Below are positions 14,451 to 27,196 of a stretch of DNA of 64,000 bases, one piece after another. The translations under genes were made by a program, and so were the position numbers. Every line of letters begins with the position of its first letter. The stretch's first letter is position 1. The stretch is from Octopus vulgaris (Eukaryota), in the NCBI GenBank assembly GCA_951406725.2, contig OX597830.1, positions 42,284,001 through 42,348,000 on the forward strand, in the 5' to 3' direction. A model generated the notes under the pieces. That model was not told where the DNA came from, searched no databases, and saw only the letters and a list, made by a program, of their open reading frames with translations.

Positions 14451-14660
14451 CTATATTCTTTTACTTGTTCAGTTATTTGACTGTGGCCATGTTGGAGCAC
14501 CACCTTTAGTTGAACAAGTCGAACCCAGGACTTATCCATTGTAAGCCTAGTACTTATTCTATCGGTCTCTTTTATCAAACTGATAAAGTACAGTGACATA
14601 AACACACCAACATCGGTTGTCATGTGGCAGTGGGGGGACAAACACAGACATACAAAGAAA

Positions 14661-15017
14661 CAGGGGTTGGACAAAATAACAGAAACACCTAGCATGATAA
14701 TTTTGAAATATCTATAAAACCGTCAAAAGCTTGTTTATTTTTAATGTTTTTTGATTTTGTTTTTAAAGGATTTCACAAAAGAAAATTGATTCTTAACAAT
14801 GAAGGTAAAAAAAATAAAATGAAGAACAGCAAACGTGTTATAAATTAATTTTTCACTTATTATTCAAAATTTCAAGTGGACTGCGGGGCCTGATGATGTA
14901 AATTTATGACCTTCAGATTTTAACACAGTTGTTTTTAAAGGATTTCACAATAAAAAATATATCTTCAAAAACATATTTCAAAAATTTGTAAAAAGTACTT
15001 TTTCACTCCACCCTAAT
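14661..15017. mobile_element. Tc1/mariner-type terminal fragments
   Basis: Begins CAGGGGTTGGACAAAATAA (Tc1-like TIR start), truncating a family B SINE at 14455-14655. Ends ..TTTTCACTCCACCCTAATA (mariner-like TIR end). The two ends do not match each other. Confidence 0.45.
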
Positions 15018-15057
15018 ATATATGTATATATATCTATGAAGGACTCTCTTCCTCTGC

Positions 15058-15090
<33 letters not shown>

Positions 15091-15239
15091 TGTATGTATG
15101 TATGTATTTATCTATCTATCTATCTATCCATCCATCCATCTACCCATGTATGTATGTATTTATGTATGGAAAAATGGGTCAAAGATCTTTTTGGAACCAT
15201 TGGCCCATAAGACCAATTTCCCCAGATTCTGTGGTGTAC

Positions 15240-15690
15240 ATTTTACCCACTGGATAGGATGCTAGTCTGTCACAAGGTGTTACTCCTTTTGCTGGCTGAG
15301 TGGACTGGAGCAATGTGAAATGAAGTGTTTTGCTAAAGAACACAAAACATTACCCAGTCCAGGAATGGAAGTCACAACTTAACAATCATGAATTCAACAC
15401 CCTAACCACTAAGCCACACACACACACAAACACGGCATCTTGTGTCAGTGTCAATGAGCCATACTCTTGGGTTGAATCAAGTCTTCTGAAGCATGCAAGA
15501 CAAAACTGTGTAGAAATGTGTTACATAGAGTGGATCTGTAATTGAAAAGTCCAAAATTATCACACATTGTGTCATGTGGATTTGCCTGAGGATTAATTAA
15601 GATTTATGATACATGTATTTGTGGAATACTCAACCACTTATATGTGAATACAATGAGCAGGTTTTTTTAGGTTGATTGAGCAACTGATTA
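15240..15690. mobile_element. Fragments of tRNA-derived SINE family F in opposite orientations
   Basis: Homologous to 19810-20128: GCTGAGTGGACTGGAGCAATGTGAAAT (-) and a diverged (+) fragment after 15540. Confidence 0.55.
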
Positions 15691-15846
15691 CTCATGATTG
15701 AAATTGACTGAAGCCTGTTTACTTGACTGAAGAGGATACACATATGTACGCATGTATGTATGTGTGTTTGTGTATGTATATATAAATATATATATATTTG
15801 TGAGTGTGCGTATGTGTGTGTGTATATATATATGTGTATATATATA

Positions 15847-15900
<54 letters not shown>

Positions 15901-16028
15901 CAGGGTGTCCCCAAAAAATGTATACACACCTTAGATAATTGTAAATTTGTTATTCTTTGTAAGCCTAGTACTTATTCTATCGTTCTCTTTTGCCGAACCA
16001 CTATGTGTATACATTTTTTGGGGACACC

Positions 16029-16031
<3 letters not shown>
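15901..16031. mobile_element. Tc1/mariner-type MITE with 28-bp TIRs carrying a SINE fragment
   Basis: Perfect TIR CAGGGTGTCCCCAAAAAATGTATACACA (15901-15928 / 16004-16031), TA on both flanks, internal 15950-16003 matches family B SINE. Confidence 0.85.
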
Positions 16032-16087
<56 letters not shown>

Positions 16088-16114
16088 TATATATATGTAT
16101 ATATACATATATAT

Positions 16115-16213
16115 AGTTGAAATATACTGAAAAACAAAAGAAGACTGGTGTATGAACAGCAAACAAGAATATTAGTTTGACACTCGGGAAGGTGAGAAAG
16201 TCTTTTGTTTTGG
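16115..16213 (-). mobile_element. Penelope-type pseudo-LTR 3' fragment in (TA)n
   Basis: Reverse complement AAAAGACTTTCTCACCTTCCCGAG..ACTAATA..TTGTTTG..TACACCA..TCTTTTGTTT resembles 8100-8195. Confidence 0.55.
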
Positions 16214-16230
16214 TATATATACATGTATAA

Positions 16231-16283
<53 letters not shown>

Positions 16284-16300
16284 TGTTTAATGTACACAGT

Positions 16301-16410
16301 ATGAGGTGGTATCAAAAGGTTCCTGGACTTGGTTATGTTTGATGAAAAATAACTTATTTACATAAGTTTTAACATCGTCTCCTGCATTCCTTTGCAGTAA
16401 TACACAGTTA
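16301..16410 (+). mobile_element. Mariner-type left-end fragment
   Basis: TA-tGAGGTGGTATCAAAAgGTTCCtGGACT, a mariner TIR-like start. A similar end lies at about 40333-40410. Confidence 0.4.
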
Positions 16411-17689
16411 GAGTATATTTTTTTGTTGATCTTAACTGAATGATAAAGTAAATTCTATGTATATACATGTGTATAAATGTGTATGTGTGTGTGTGTGTGC
16501 ATGCACATACACACATACACATCAACATGCTTACATTCATACAAACATGCATACAATCACACATATACACACTCATACACATTGCACATATATACATTGA
16601 TCTCTGCATAACCATTGTTGATTTTGAAATACTTTGCTTTCTTCATTTTAATTATAATTAATGAAAACCATTCAAGATTTAAAAAGGAAATCAAAAGAAA
16701 ATAAATAAAAACAAGTTAAAGGATGAAATGAATTTAGCATAGTTAGTTGTATGTGCCTGAGGAAATTTCGTTTGACATTAATAAATATCCTAAAGCAATT
16801 CAACTGAAGCTTAAATCAAGGCATGAAATCATTTTTATAATTTGCAAAATGTTGTTTAGCTTGAAGTCAATCAACCTGGAGTAGTAACATGGTGGAAAAT
16901 ATTTGAACCAGGGCTAACTTGTCTTTTAGAGTGGGTATCTCTACAAGAATTTGCCTGTCCCATTCTCCTTCCTTCTTTCTATACTTTATACCCTCGTGTT
17001 CTTGCATAATTTCTGCCTTCCATCCTCCACTGGGATTTTTGTAGTCCTGCATGTTGCATGGTAATCTCCACTAATGTTGGTGGCCACCCCACCCTCAAAA
17101 AAAAAAAATAATAAATAAACCCACCAAGTACTTTCTTTAAAGTTGATGGTATTAAGAAGGTATCTAGCAAAGCAGACACTGGAGTATGAAACAGTCCTTG
17201 GCCTGATTGGATCCTGTCAGTATGAAATGCAGATGTTAAAGGGTGATGCAGCAGCAGCAGCAGGAACCTGACCATGACCACACCACATCATCATTACCAT
17301 CCCACCTCCACCATTATATAACAACAACAAATCACCATTATACCATTACCATTACCACCTCTGCACTTCCTCTATTGCTACCATTCTTTGTGTGTCTTCT
17401 TCTTTTTCCAACATAGGTAGGGTCAAGCACTTTGATCCCTATGGAGCATTGACCAGTGACATTTTTTTTACTGTAATCAAATAACTGTATTTTCTTCTTT
17501 TCTCTGGTCAGATCCTTCCTTTTGCAACTCTGCCTCTCTTCAGATATTGTTGCACTGCATCAATGTATATACATGTGTATGTATATACATATGTATACAT
17601 GTGTATGTGTGTGTGTGCATGCACATACACACATACATATCAACATGCTTACATTCATACAGACATGCATACAATCCCCCTGAGGGAAG

Positions 17690-17935
17690 GCCTTCCTCTG
17701 CCATGTCTCGTTGGTTTTGAATTATCATCACTGATTCTGTAACTTTGCTTCTGTAACTTTGCCAGTAAGATTCTAGGTCCTATGCTCATCCACTTTTACC
17801 CTTGGGAAATGGTAGTCCATTTTAGTCTTGCCTCTGTCCTTTGACCTGTCCAGCATGAGAGGCCCTACTAGGACCTTGTACTCTATCTGCATAACTCTCA
17901 GGGGTATTAAGTCACCCTCACCACCATAACTACAC
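17690..17935 (-). mobile_element. RTE-clade LINE 5'-UTR fragment
   Basis: Minus strand 'tggtggtgagggtgac..ccctgagagttatgc..tagtagggcctctcatgctggacaggtcaaagga..agactaa' resembles the conserved RTE/BovB 5' UTR. Confidence 0.55.
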
Positions 17936-18397
17936 CATAACAGAACAAAGACAGAAACTCATGGTATTTTTCCCTGAATGGTGGACCTTAATTTAAGAAA
18001 GATTTTGGCTGCAACATCTCTACCATGCAGAAGCTCTCTTGTTGCATGTTAATTGTGATATTAAAAGAGAATTAAGTCAATATATTCTCCTTCACATTAG
18101 ACATTCAGACATTCAGGTGACATAAAATTTAGAGCAAATTTGTCAACCAAACCAACCACATTACTCTGGCACTTCGGTATTATGTCTACCTAATGTAAAT
18201 TAGCTTATAGTATTTGCAGAGATGCTTATGAAATTTTACCTTTCTATCATTGAAATGAGCTTCACAAAGAATATTCATATGCAGATAGCTAGAAGCATTG
18301 CTGGTTTACAAAACTGATTAAATTGATAGCGCCTTCTAAATATTCTTTGACAGTACATGTCTTTAAATGACATTTCTCTCTGGTATTTGAATCAAAT

Positions 18398-18433
<36 letters not shown>

Positions 18434-18617
18434 TAAATAAGGTAAAAATTTAAAATTAAAAAAAATAGAATTTAAATGAAATGAAATAAAGTAATAATAA
18501 TATTAAATAAAAGCATTTAATTAGAATAGAGGCTCTAATTCTGTTAAAATCAGAGGCAAATGAGATTTCGTGTAAACAACGCTTCCCCACAAAATAATTG
18601 TCATGGACTCACTGATT

Positions 18618-18940
18618 CATTATTATTATTATTATTATTATCATTATTATTATTATCATCATCATCTTTATTATTTTCATTTTTGTTGTTGTTGTTGTTG
18701 TTGTTCTTCTTCTTCTTCTTCTTCTTCTTCTTCTTTTTTTCTTCTTCTTATCATCATCATCATCATCTTTATTATTTTTATTTTTTTGTTGTTGCTGTTG
18801 TTGTTGTTGTTGTTGTTGTTGTTCTTCTTCTTCTTCTTCTTCTTCTTCTTCTTCTTCTTCTTCTTCTTCTTCTTCTTGTTATTATTATTATTATCATCAT
18901 CATCAACATCATCATCATCATCATTATTATTATTATTATT
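18618..18940. repeat. Compound trinucleotide microsatellite (ATT/CAT/GTT/CTT)n, roughly duplicated in tandem
   Basis: Direct inspection. Confidence 0.9.
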
Positions 18941-19050
18941 TCTGGCATGTGTTGATATTAAATCTGATGCTAGATTTCTATTAATATCAAGAAACCATTT
19001 TTGATTATAACTTTGTAATGTGCTATTCTCAACTAAGTGCTACTCATCAT

Positions 19051-19081
<31 letters not shown>

Positions 19082-19392
19082 AGCAGGAACCTGACCATGA
19101 CCACACCACATCATCACTACCATCCCACCTCCACCATTATATAACAACAACAAATCACCATTATACCATTACCATTACCACCTCCGCACTTCCTCTATCG
19201 CTACCTTTCTTTCTTCATTACCAGCAGCAGTAGCACCATACCCCTACCACTATCCCCACTGCCACTGCTACCACCACCAACAGCAAGAACAACGAAATAC
19301 ACATCAAGATATTTTAGCAGTTTTCTGGTGAACTTCTTAACACGATATAGCAAGATTTTCAAGAGTCAGAAGGGAAAGATAGAGAGTGACAA

Positions 19393-19471
<79 letters not shown>

Positions 19472-19809
19472 GAGAGAGTGGGGTGTCATGTTTGACATTC
19501 CGATTGAAAGTCATTAATCAATTTTAATTTTAATTGGTGGAAAGTGCTGAAGAAAATTGATTTTTCTTTTCACTGGTATGGAAACCACATATTTACAGGG
19601 AAGGGTTAGAGTTGATTGAATTGAAACCCCCTCCCTCAGTACGTAGCTGGTACTTAGGTTGTTGACACCAGAGGTAATGAAAGGAACTAAGGTTGTTATA
19701 AGCAGACTTAAGAGATTTTAGGTGAGTTTTTAAAGACTGATGTATGATAAAGGGACCAGTGCAGCTTGTCACTTTGTCATATAAAAAAAAAAAAACCCCA
19801 AAAACCTGG

Positions 19810-20128
19810 CACTCCATTGATTATGACAATGAGGGTTCCAGTTGATCCGATCAACGGAACATCCTGCTCGGGAAATTAATCTGCAAGTGGCTGAGTACTC
19901 CACAGATATACATACACTTAATGTAGTTCTCAGGGAGATTCAGTGTGACACAGAATGTAACAAGGCTGGCCCTTTAAATTACTGGTACACCTCATTTTTG
20001 TCAGTTGAATGGACTGGAGCAATGTGAAATAAAATGTCTTGCTCAAGGGCAGAATACACTGCTGGGAATTGACCTCACAACCTTATAATCATAAGCAGGA
20101 TACCCTAACCGCTAAGCCACACACTTTA
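19810..20128 (-). mobile_element. tRNA-derived SINE family F (V-domain-like TTGAGCAAGACA)
   Basis: Minus head GTGTGGCTTAGCGGTTAGGGTAT..GGTTGTGAGgTCAATTCCC, then cCTTGAGCAAGACAtTTTATTTCAC. Confidence 0.75.
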
Positions 20129-20456
20129 TCACTCTGTCATACTTTAACCACCACCCTTCTTCCTTTCTCAACTACACTACTTACTGCTCAATTGAAGGAA
20201 CTTTTCCCTTTTCCTTTTTATTTTTTCTTTGTCTTGCAGGTTACTTGGTGACTTCACTGGTGCTGGTGCTGTGAAAAAGCATTCAGTACACACTGTAAAG
20301 TGGTTGTCATTAGGAAGGGCATCCAGCCATAGAAAACATGCCAAAGCTGACGGTGGAGCTTGATGTGGATCTATGGCTTGTTGTACCCTATCAAACTTCC
20401 CAACCCATGCTAGCAAAGAAATTATCACCACCACCACCACCACTGCCATCACTTAA

Positions 20457-20669
20457 CCCTTTACCATTGAAACTGGCCATATCCCGCCTAAATATTCTCC
20501 ATGTTTTATGCTCAAACCAGCCGGATGCAACCCCTCACACCTACCCTACAATGTTCTTCTAAAAATAATCAATCACAAATCTCAAAGCTGCAAGATAATG
20601 CATGATTCATTCAAAATGATGCGAATAAATAAACATTAAATTTGACAAAATAATCTGAATGCTAAAGGG
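20457..20669. mobile_element. piggyBac-like MITE
   Basis: TTAA|CCCTTTAcCATT ... GAATGCTAAAGGG|TTAA; same family as 5491-5712. Confidence 0.8.
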
Positions 20670-20931
20670 TTAAGGACCACTTTTCCATGTTGGTATGGGT
20701 TAGACAGAACAGATACAGATTTTCTACTGCTAGATGCCTTTCCTGTTGCCAACCCTCACCCAATTACCAAGTAAAGTAATACTTCCCCAGACATGTTTTC
20801 AATTGAAGCCTAGAAAAGATCAACCTCAATTGTATACTTTTGGTACACATTTACAACCATCTTGTGGAGTGATGTCTTGACAAGGGTACACACAGACATT
20901 TATACATAAACATGTGTGTGTGTATATATCA

Positions 20932-21218
20932 TGGACTCTCCCATCATTAGACGACGTATGAGGGTTCGGCAATTTTTTGTCGAACAACTACACAGATGGT
21001 TTGTTTATAGTGATTAAGTGTTTGTGAACAGATAAGCTCACTCCTTCCATCAAATTGACATTACCTGTACCACATGTCAGATGACGATATGATCGCAGAA
21101 CAACGTTAAATGAAGTGCTTTGCTCAAGAACACAATGCGATGCCAGGACTGGGAATCGAACCCAAGATCTCACAATCGGGAGTGCAACACCCTAATCACT
21201 AAGCCATGCGCCTTCACA
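20932..21218 (-). mobile_element. tRNA-derived SINE family E
   Basis: Minus head GAAGGCGCATGGCTTAGTG..GGGTTCGATTCCCAG, then GTGTTCTTGAGCAAAGCACTT. Confidence 0.75.
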
Positions 21219-21300
21219 TGTATATATATATATATGAATGTATGTATGTATGTATGTATGTATGTATGTATGGTATGTATGGTATGTATGTATGTATCTA

Positions 21301-21336
<36 letters not shown>

Positions 21337-22189
21337 TACACAACAGACTTCTTTTACTTTCTCCCTGCCAAATCCACTCACAAGGCATTCACAAGACACT
21401 TGTGCAAGGTACTGTGTGGTGAAACTGAACCCAAGACCACATAGCTGGAAAGTAACCTTCTTAACTACACATCCACACCTGTAACTTAGTTGCAAGAAGA
21501 AAATCAGCATCCCTTTCCTCCTGCTATGATTCTCTTCAAAGCTTCTGAGACTGATGGAAAGAAACAAATCATTCTCCAACTTGCCTGACCTGAATTCCTG
21601 CAACAGAATGGAACCCACTAAAGGTAACTGAGTGACAGGATAAGCCCATTATCCCAGAAGAAGGACATTGTCTTTGAAAGGTTTCCATACAGTTTCCTTC
21701 GACCAAATTTCATTCTCAGAGTTTTGGTCATCTCAAAGCTGAGGTAGAAACAATTTCCCAAAGTGCCTCACATTGTGTTTGAATCTGCAGTCACTTGTTT
21801 TCAAACCAAAATTCTTAACTACACAGCTATGGCTGTTACAGTGTGTTCATGCTATATTGGAAACAATTTAAATATCTTCTACCTGATTTGTAGTAAAATG
21901 ATAATGAACAACATTTGTCGAAAAAGAAGATGCAACCGATTCTGTTGATTAGTTTGTTTGCAATCCTTACTTTTAAGCTGTGTACGCAACAATTTATTTT
22001 GTTTTTGCAAAGGAACCCAGGTGGAAGATAAAGTTAGACACATTTGAGAAAGTTAATATGATTATGATTTTTCAGATGCTCCATTCCAATCAGTTTGGCT
22101 CCAGTTATCATCAAGTGTCTTGTTCTTCTGTATGTATTTATAACCCTGGAATACACCTACATTTGAATTCCAAAAATTATCTGTAGATT

Positions 22190-23790
22190 GACCAGAGCCC
22201 CTCCTAGGACATCATCATTTTTAAACTCTACCAGTCATCTATACAAAAGTGAGGTGGTATTCCCACTGCTGGCCTTGTCCGTCTTGTGGATCAGCACGAG
22301 TGCCTGTTGACACTCCTTTTGCCATTCTGTCAGATTATGTCTTTTAATAAAACTGGGTTTAAATCTCTCCAAAGAGGCTGGTTGCGGGAAGAATTCCTCT
22401 GCCAGCAGATTCCACACCTTGTCACCCTCCAGGTAGCACCAGAGATCTCTCAGCCTCAACGCATGTTTGTGCATCATAAGCCAGGGCATCCCTAACCCAC
22501 CCTTTAGTGGTTCCTGGCAGCAGATGGAGCGCCTTATGAGTGGCTTTCCTCCCTTCCACAATAAGCAGAAAAGGAGGTGCTCCAACTTGTTTAGCCATGA
22601 GTCGGGGCAAGGGACAATGGTTAGGCAGTAGGTGATTACAGATGCGATAAACACCTGTGCCACCTCTGCCCTTCCTTTCAGGGATAGATCCCATCTGGAC
22701 CAAGTCCGAACTAGAGCTTCCACCCTGTCTGCCATCTCACTCCTATTCTTCTCCGTTTGGGAGTCTGGTCCAAACCAAATTCCAAGCAACTTAACAGGAC
22801 GATCTGTCCAGTGACCCATGACACTGGATGATACCAGCTTGCTCCACCAGGTGCCGAGTCACAAGCCAATGGACTTGTCCTTGTTAACTTTTGCTCCTGC
22901 CACCACCTCATATCCTTTGATAGTGTCCTCTACACAAGGTAGCTGAGCCTCATTGGACACGATGATGACATCATCCGCGTAAGCAGAGACCGACTTATTG
23001 CATCTGATTTCATTGGGGGTGTGTCCCAAATTTTCCAACTTCCTCAGTAAAGGCACAAGAGCCAAAACGTACAGAAGTGAGGACAGAGGACATCCTTGAC
23101 GAACTGAGCACTTGATCGAAAACAGCTCCAACAGGTAGCCATTTATCTGAACGGTGGATTGGATGCTTCTATACAGCACGGGGATCCGCCTACAGAAGTC
23201 CGGGCCCAACCCAGCTGCTACCCTAAATGGACTAAATGGACCAGTGCCCCACCTTTGCCTGTTAATTTACCCACCTTGTCTAAGGTGTAGTGTATAAGGT
23301 GAAGATTGTCCTGGATCAACCTGCCTTGAATGGCGCACGTCTACGCCTCCCCTACAAGCTTATCCACAACACACGTCAAACTTTTTGCTAACACCTTGGC
23401 CAAAATCTTTAACGCTACATTGAGTAGAGTTATGGGCCTGTAATTACTTATACTGTTCCCCTTACTCAGGTCCTTCTGGATCAGCGTCACCACACCCCGA
23501 CTCACAGAGCTGGGAATCCTCCCATTCTGTTGCCAGTTTGTGTAGATACCTGCCAGCAGGTCCCTGAACAAGTCTGGCATGTTACGATAAAACTCATAGG
23601 GTAGACCATCCAGCCCTGGCGCACTCGACCAACACTTCTTTTACCTCCGCAGGTGTAATCTGTCCTTCACAGCATTCTGCCTCACGTGCTGAGAGTTGCA
23701 GCCCACTGGTGAGGAAGCCCTTTAGGGCCACCCCATGCTCGAGCTCGCCACCCTGTCCAAACACCCAGGTGAAATGCTAGTGAAAGGCCT
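22190..23790 (-). pseudogene. L1-clade (Tx1-like) LINE ORF2 reverse transcriptase fragment
   Basis: YRPITLLNVALKILAKVLA, SVRQGCPLSSLLY, SAYADDV, LSLKGRAEV..ASVITY, KGGLGMP; split by stops and frameshifts across ORFs 23341-23580, 22859-23209 and 22235-22819. Confidence 0.92.
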
Positions 23791-23904
23791 ATTCATTGGA
23801 CAGTTTTGTTCTAAACAAAACTGTCTGATGAATGGGAATGTGGAACTCTGAGTAACAGTTTTTGTGATATTTTTGCTGTTTTTTAATAAAGCATATATAT
23901 ATAT

Positions 23905-24131
23905 TCTTTTATTCTTTTACTCTTTTGTTTGTTTCAGTCATTTGACCATGGCCATGCTGGAGCACCACCATGAAGGGTAAAAATCGACCCCAAAACTTAC
24001 ATTTTAAACCTAGTACTTATTCTATCAGTCTCTTTTGCCAAACTGCTAACTTATGGGGATGTAAACACCCCAACACCGGTTGTCAAGCAGTAATGTGGGA
24101 AAAATACACACACATACACACACACACTTGC

Positions 24132-24163
<32 letters not shown>

Positions 24164-24313
24164 GGCTTCTTTCAGTTTCCATCTACCAAATCCACTCAAA
24201 AAGCTTTGGCCAGGCCAAGGCTATAGTAAAAGACGCTTGCCCATGGTGCTACACAGTGGGATTGAACCCAGAACCATTTGGTTAAGAAGCAAGCTTCTTA
24301 CCACACAGCCACA
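23905..24313 (-). mobile_element. SINE family B
   Basis: Full-length reverse-complement match to other family B copies. Confidence 0.85.
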
Positions 24314-24589
24314 CTAGTGCATATGTATGTGTGTTTGTGTGTGTCTTTGTCTTGACATCGTGTGATAGCTGTAAGTGATTGACATTGTCATACAAGCTGT
24401 CTCATTCACTTCCAATATATTGCAAGAGTATGTCAGACCATGGGGGAAAAGTAACTTGCTTGGGAACAGGGGAGGGTTGGCAACAGGTAGGGCATCCATC
24501 GGTGAAATAAATCTGCCTTTGTATACTCTGTCTGACCCATGCAATTATGGAAAAGTGAACATGAAAATGATGATGATGTTATATATCAT

Positions 24590-24823
24590 ATTCTTTTATT
24601 CTTTTACCTGTTTCAGTCATTTAACTGTGGCCATGCTGGAGCACTGCATCTAGTCAAGCAAATCGATCCCATGACTTATTCTTTGTAAGCCTAGTAATTA
24701 TTCTATTGGTCTCTTTTGCTGAACCACTAAGTTATGGGGACATGAACACACCAGCATCAGTTATGGTGGTGGCGGGGACAAACACATACACACAAACACA
24801 TACAATTACATACATATATACAT

Positions 24824-24856
<33 letters not shown>

Positions 24857-25414
24857 GGCGCAGGAGTGGCTGTGTGGTAAGTAGCTTGCTTACCACCCAC
24901 ATGGTTCCGGGTTCATTCCCACTGCGTGGCACCTTGGGTAAGTGTCTTCTACTATAGCCTCGGGCCAACCAAAGCCTTGTGAATGGATTTGGTAGATGGA
25001 AACTGAAAGAAGCCTGTTGTATATAAGTATATATATATATGTATGTGTGTCTGTGTTTGTCCCCCCACCATTGCTTGACAACCGATGGTGGTGTGTTTAT
25101 GTCCCTGTAACTTAGCAGTTCAGCAAAAGAGACTGATAGAATAAGTACTAGGCTTCCAAAGAATAAGTCCTGAGGTCGATTTGTTCAACTAAAGGCGGTG
25201 CTCCAGCATGGCCACAGTCAAATGACTGAAACAAGTAAAGAGTATATATACGACAAGCTTCTTTCAGTTTCTGTCTACCAAATCCACTCACAAGGCTTTG
25301 GTCAACCTGAAGCTATAGTAGAAGACACTTGCCCAAGATGCCACGCAGTGGGACTGAACCCGGAACCATGTGGTTGGTAAGCAAGCTACTTACCTCACAG
25401 CCACTCCCGCACCT
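24590..25414. mobile_element. Family B SINE (+, 24857-25242) nested in the internal microsatellite of a family B SINE (-)
   Basis: The minus-copy 3' half (24590-24800) and 5' half (25243-25414) flank a complete plus copy. Confidence 0.85.
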
Positions 25415-26920
25415 ATATAGAAAATGAACATTAAAGGAGGACGATGATGATGATGATGATATATGCATTTATATACTGTATATATAATGCAGTATATGAT
25501 GTCTACACATATATACACACAAAACATTTACCATTCATGGTGTATTACTTTGCAGCAATAACTGTAAGTCAATGTTGTGTATTATCTAAAATAGCAGTGT
25601 TATTTTGGCAAAAAAAAAAAATGAATGAAGAACAATGTAGACCAAAGAACAATAAATGAATAAAAGAAATCAATTTGGTTAAACAAGAAAAAGAAAAAAA
25701 GTTCATCAAACAAATACAAACAAAATATATTTACTAATTATAAAAAAAGAACGAAAAATCAGAATAAAAATATACAATATAAATAACAACAACAAAACAT
25801 AACTGAACATTGATGAAGTGACTATGAATAGTTTAACATGAAGTCTTTTTCTTGTTGTGTGTATCAGGAATAAAAGAAAAAAACGTAAAGGATGATTTAT
25901 TGGCCAATCGGGACAATGGTAATGGCAGTGGGGTGGGCGGGGGAAGAGGAGTGGTTGTGGTGGTGGTGGTCGTGGTTGTGGTGGTTATGACTGTGATGAC
26001 ACTGCTGTTGATGATGCTGATGATGGTGATGATGATGATGACGTGGGAGAGGAGGAGGAAGACAACGATGACGTCGACCTGTGATAACAATGCCGATGTT
26101 GATGACGATGGTGTGCAGTGGTGATGGTGGTGGTGGTGGTGGTGGTGATGATGGCCATAGTGGTTGTGGTGATGACTGTGATGACACTGCTGCCAATGAT
26201 GATGATTATAAGGATGATCGTGATGGAGGTGTGGTGGTGGTGGTGGTGGCGGGGGCAACGGCAGTGGTGATGGTGATGATGATGAAGAGGAGTTGGAGGA
26301 TAAAGTGATGAAAGGCAAATTCAGCCTCAAGAGGAATTGAACTGAGAACATGGGGAGATGTAACCGAAATATTGTAAAGCATTCGTTCTGGTGATTTACT
26401 CTTCCTGTCATTCCACTGGTTAACAACAAACAACAACAACAACAGCAATTTCTTCCTTTGGTGCAATGCCACAAATTTTGTCAGGTGATGTATAACCAAT
26501 TAACTCACCTTTTGAATTGAACAGGTTCTTTGTTTTATTGATCCAGGAAAGATGAAAGACTAAGTGATAACCACAGTAGGAATTGAACTGAGAACTTGAA
26601 GGGATGTAGCTAAGTAAAGACATCATACTTTCTCTTTTGCTGGTTGTGACATGTAGCTTCCTAATCAATAACAACAATAATATTCCCTTCTATTAAATGC
26701 ACAAGGTCTGAAATTTTGTGGGAGGGGACTGGTTGATTACATCAACCCCAGTACTCAGCTGGTACTTAATTCATCGAGCCCAAAAGGATGAAAGGTAAAG
26801 TTGACTTAAGCAGAATTTGAACTCAGATCATAAAGACAGACAAAATACCACTAAGCATTTTGTATGGCATTCTAATGATTCTGTCAGCTTGCCACCTTAA
26901 CAACAACAACAACAATAATA

Positions 26921-26976
<56 letters not shown>

Positions 26977-27107
26977 CATAACTGTTTCAAATTTTGTCAC
27001 AAGGGCAGCAGTTTTGGGGGACATCGACCCCAGTGTTCAACTGGTACTTATTTTATTGACCCTGAAAAGATGAACGGTAAAGTTGACCTTGGTGGAATTT
27101 AATAATG

Positions 27108-27156
<49 letters not shown>

Positions 27157-27196
27157 TAATAATAATGATAATAATAATGATAATAATAATGATAAT

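Noticed and set aside
25833-26474. 213-aa Pro/His/Thr-rich ORF
   Set aside because: Derived from (GGT/GAT)n trinucleotide repeats.
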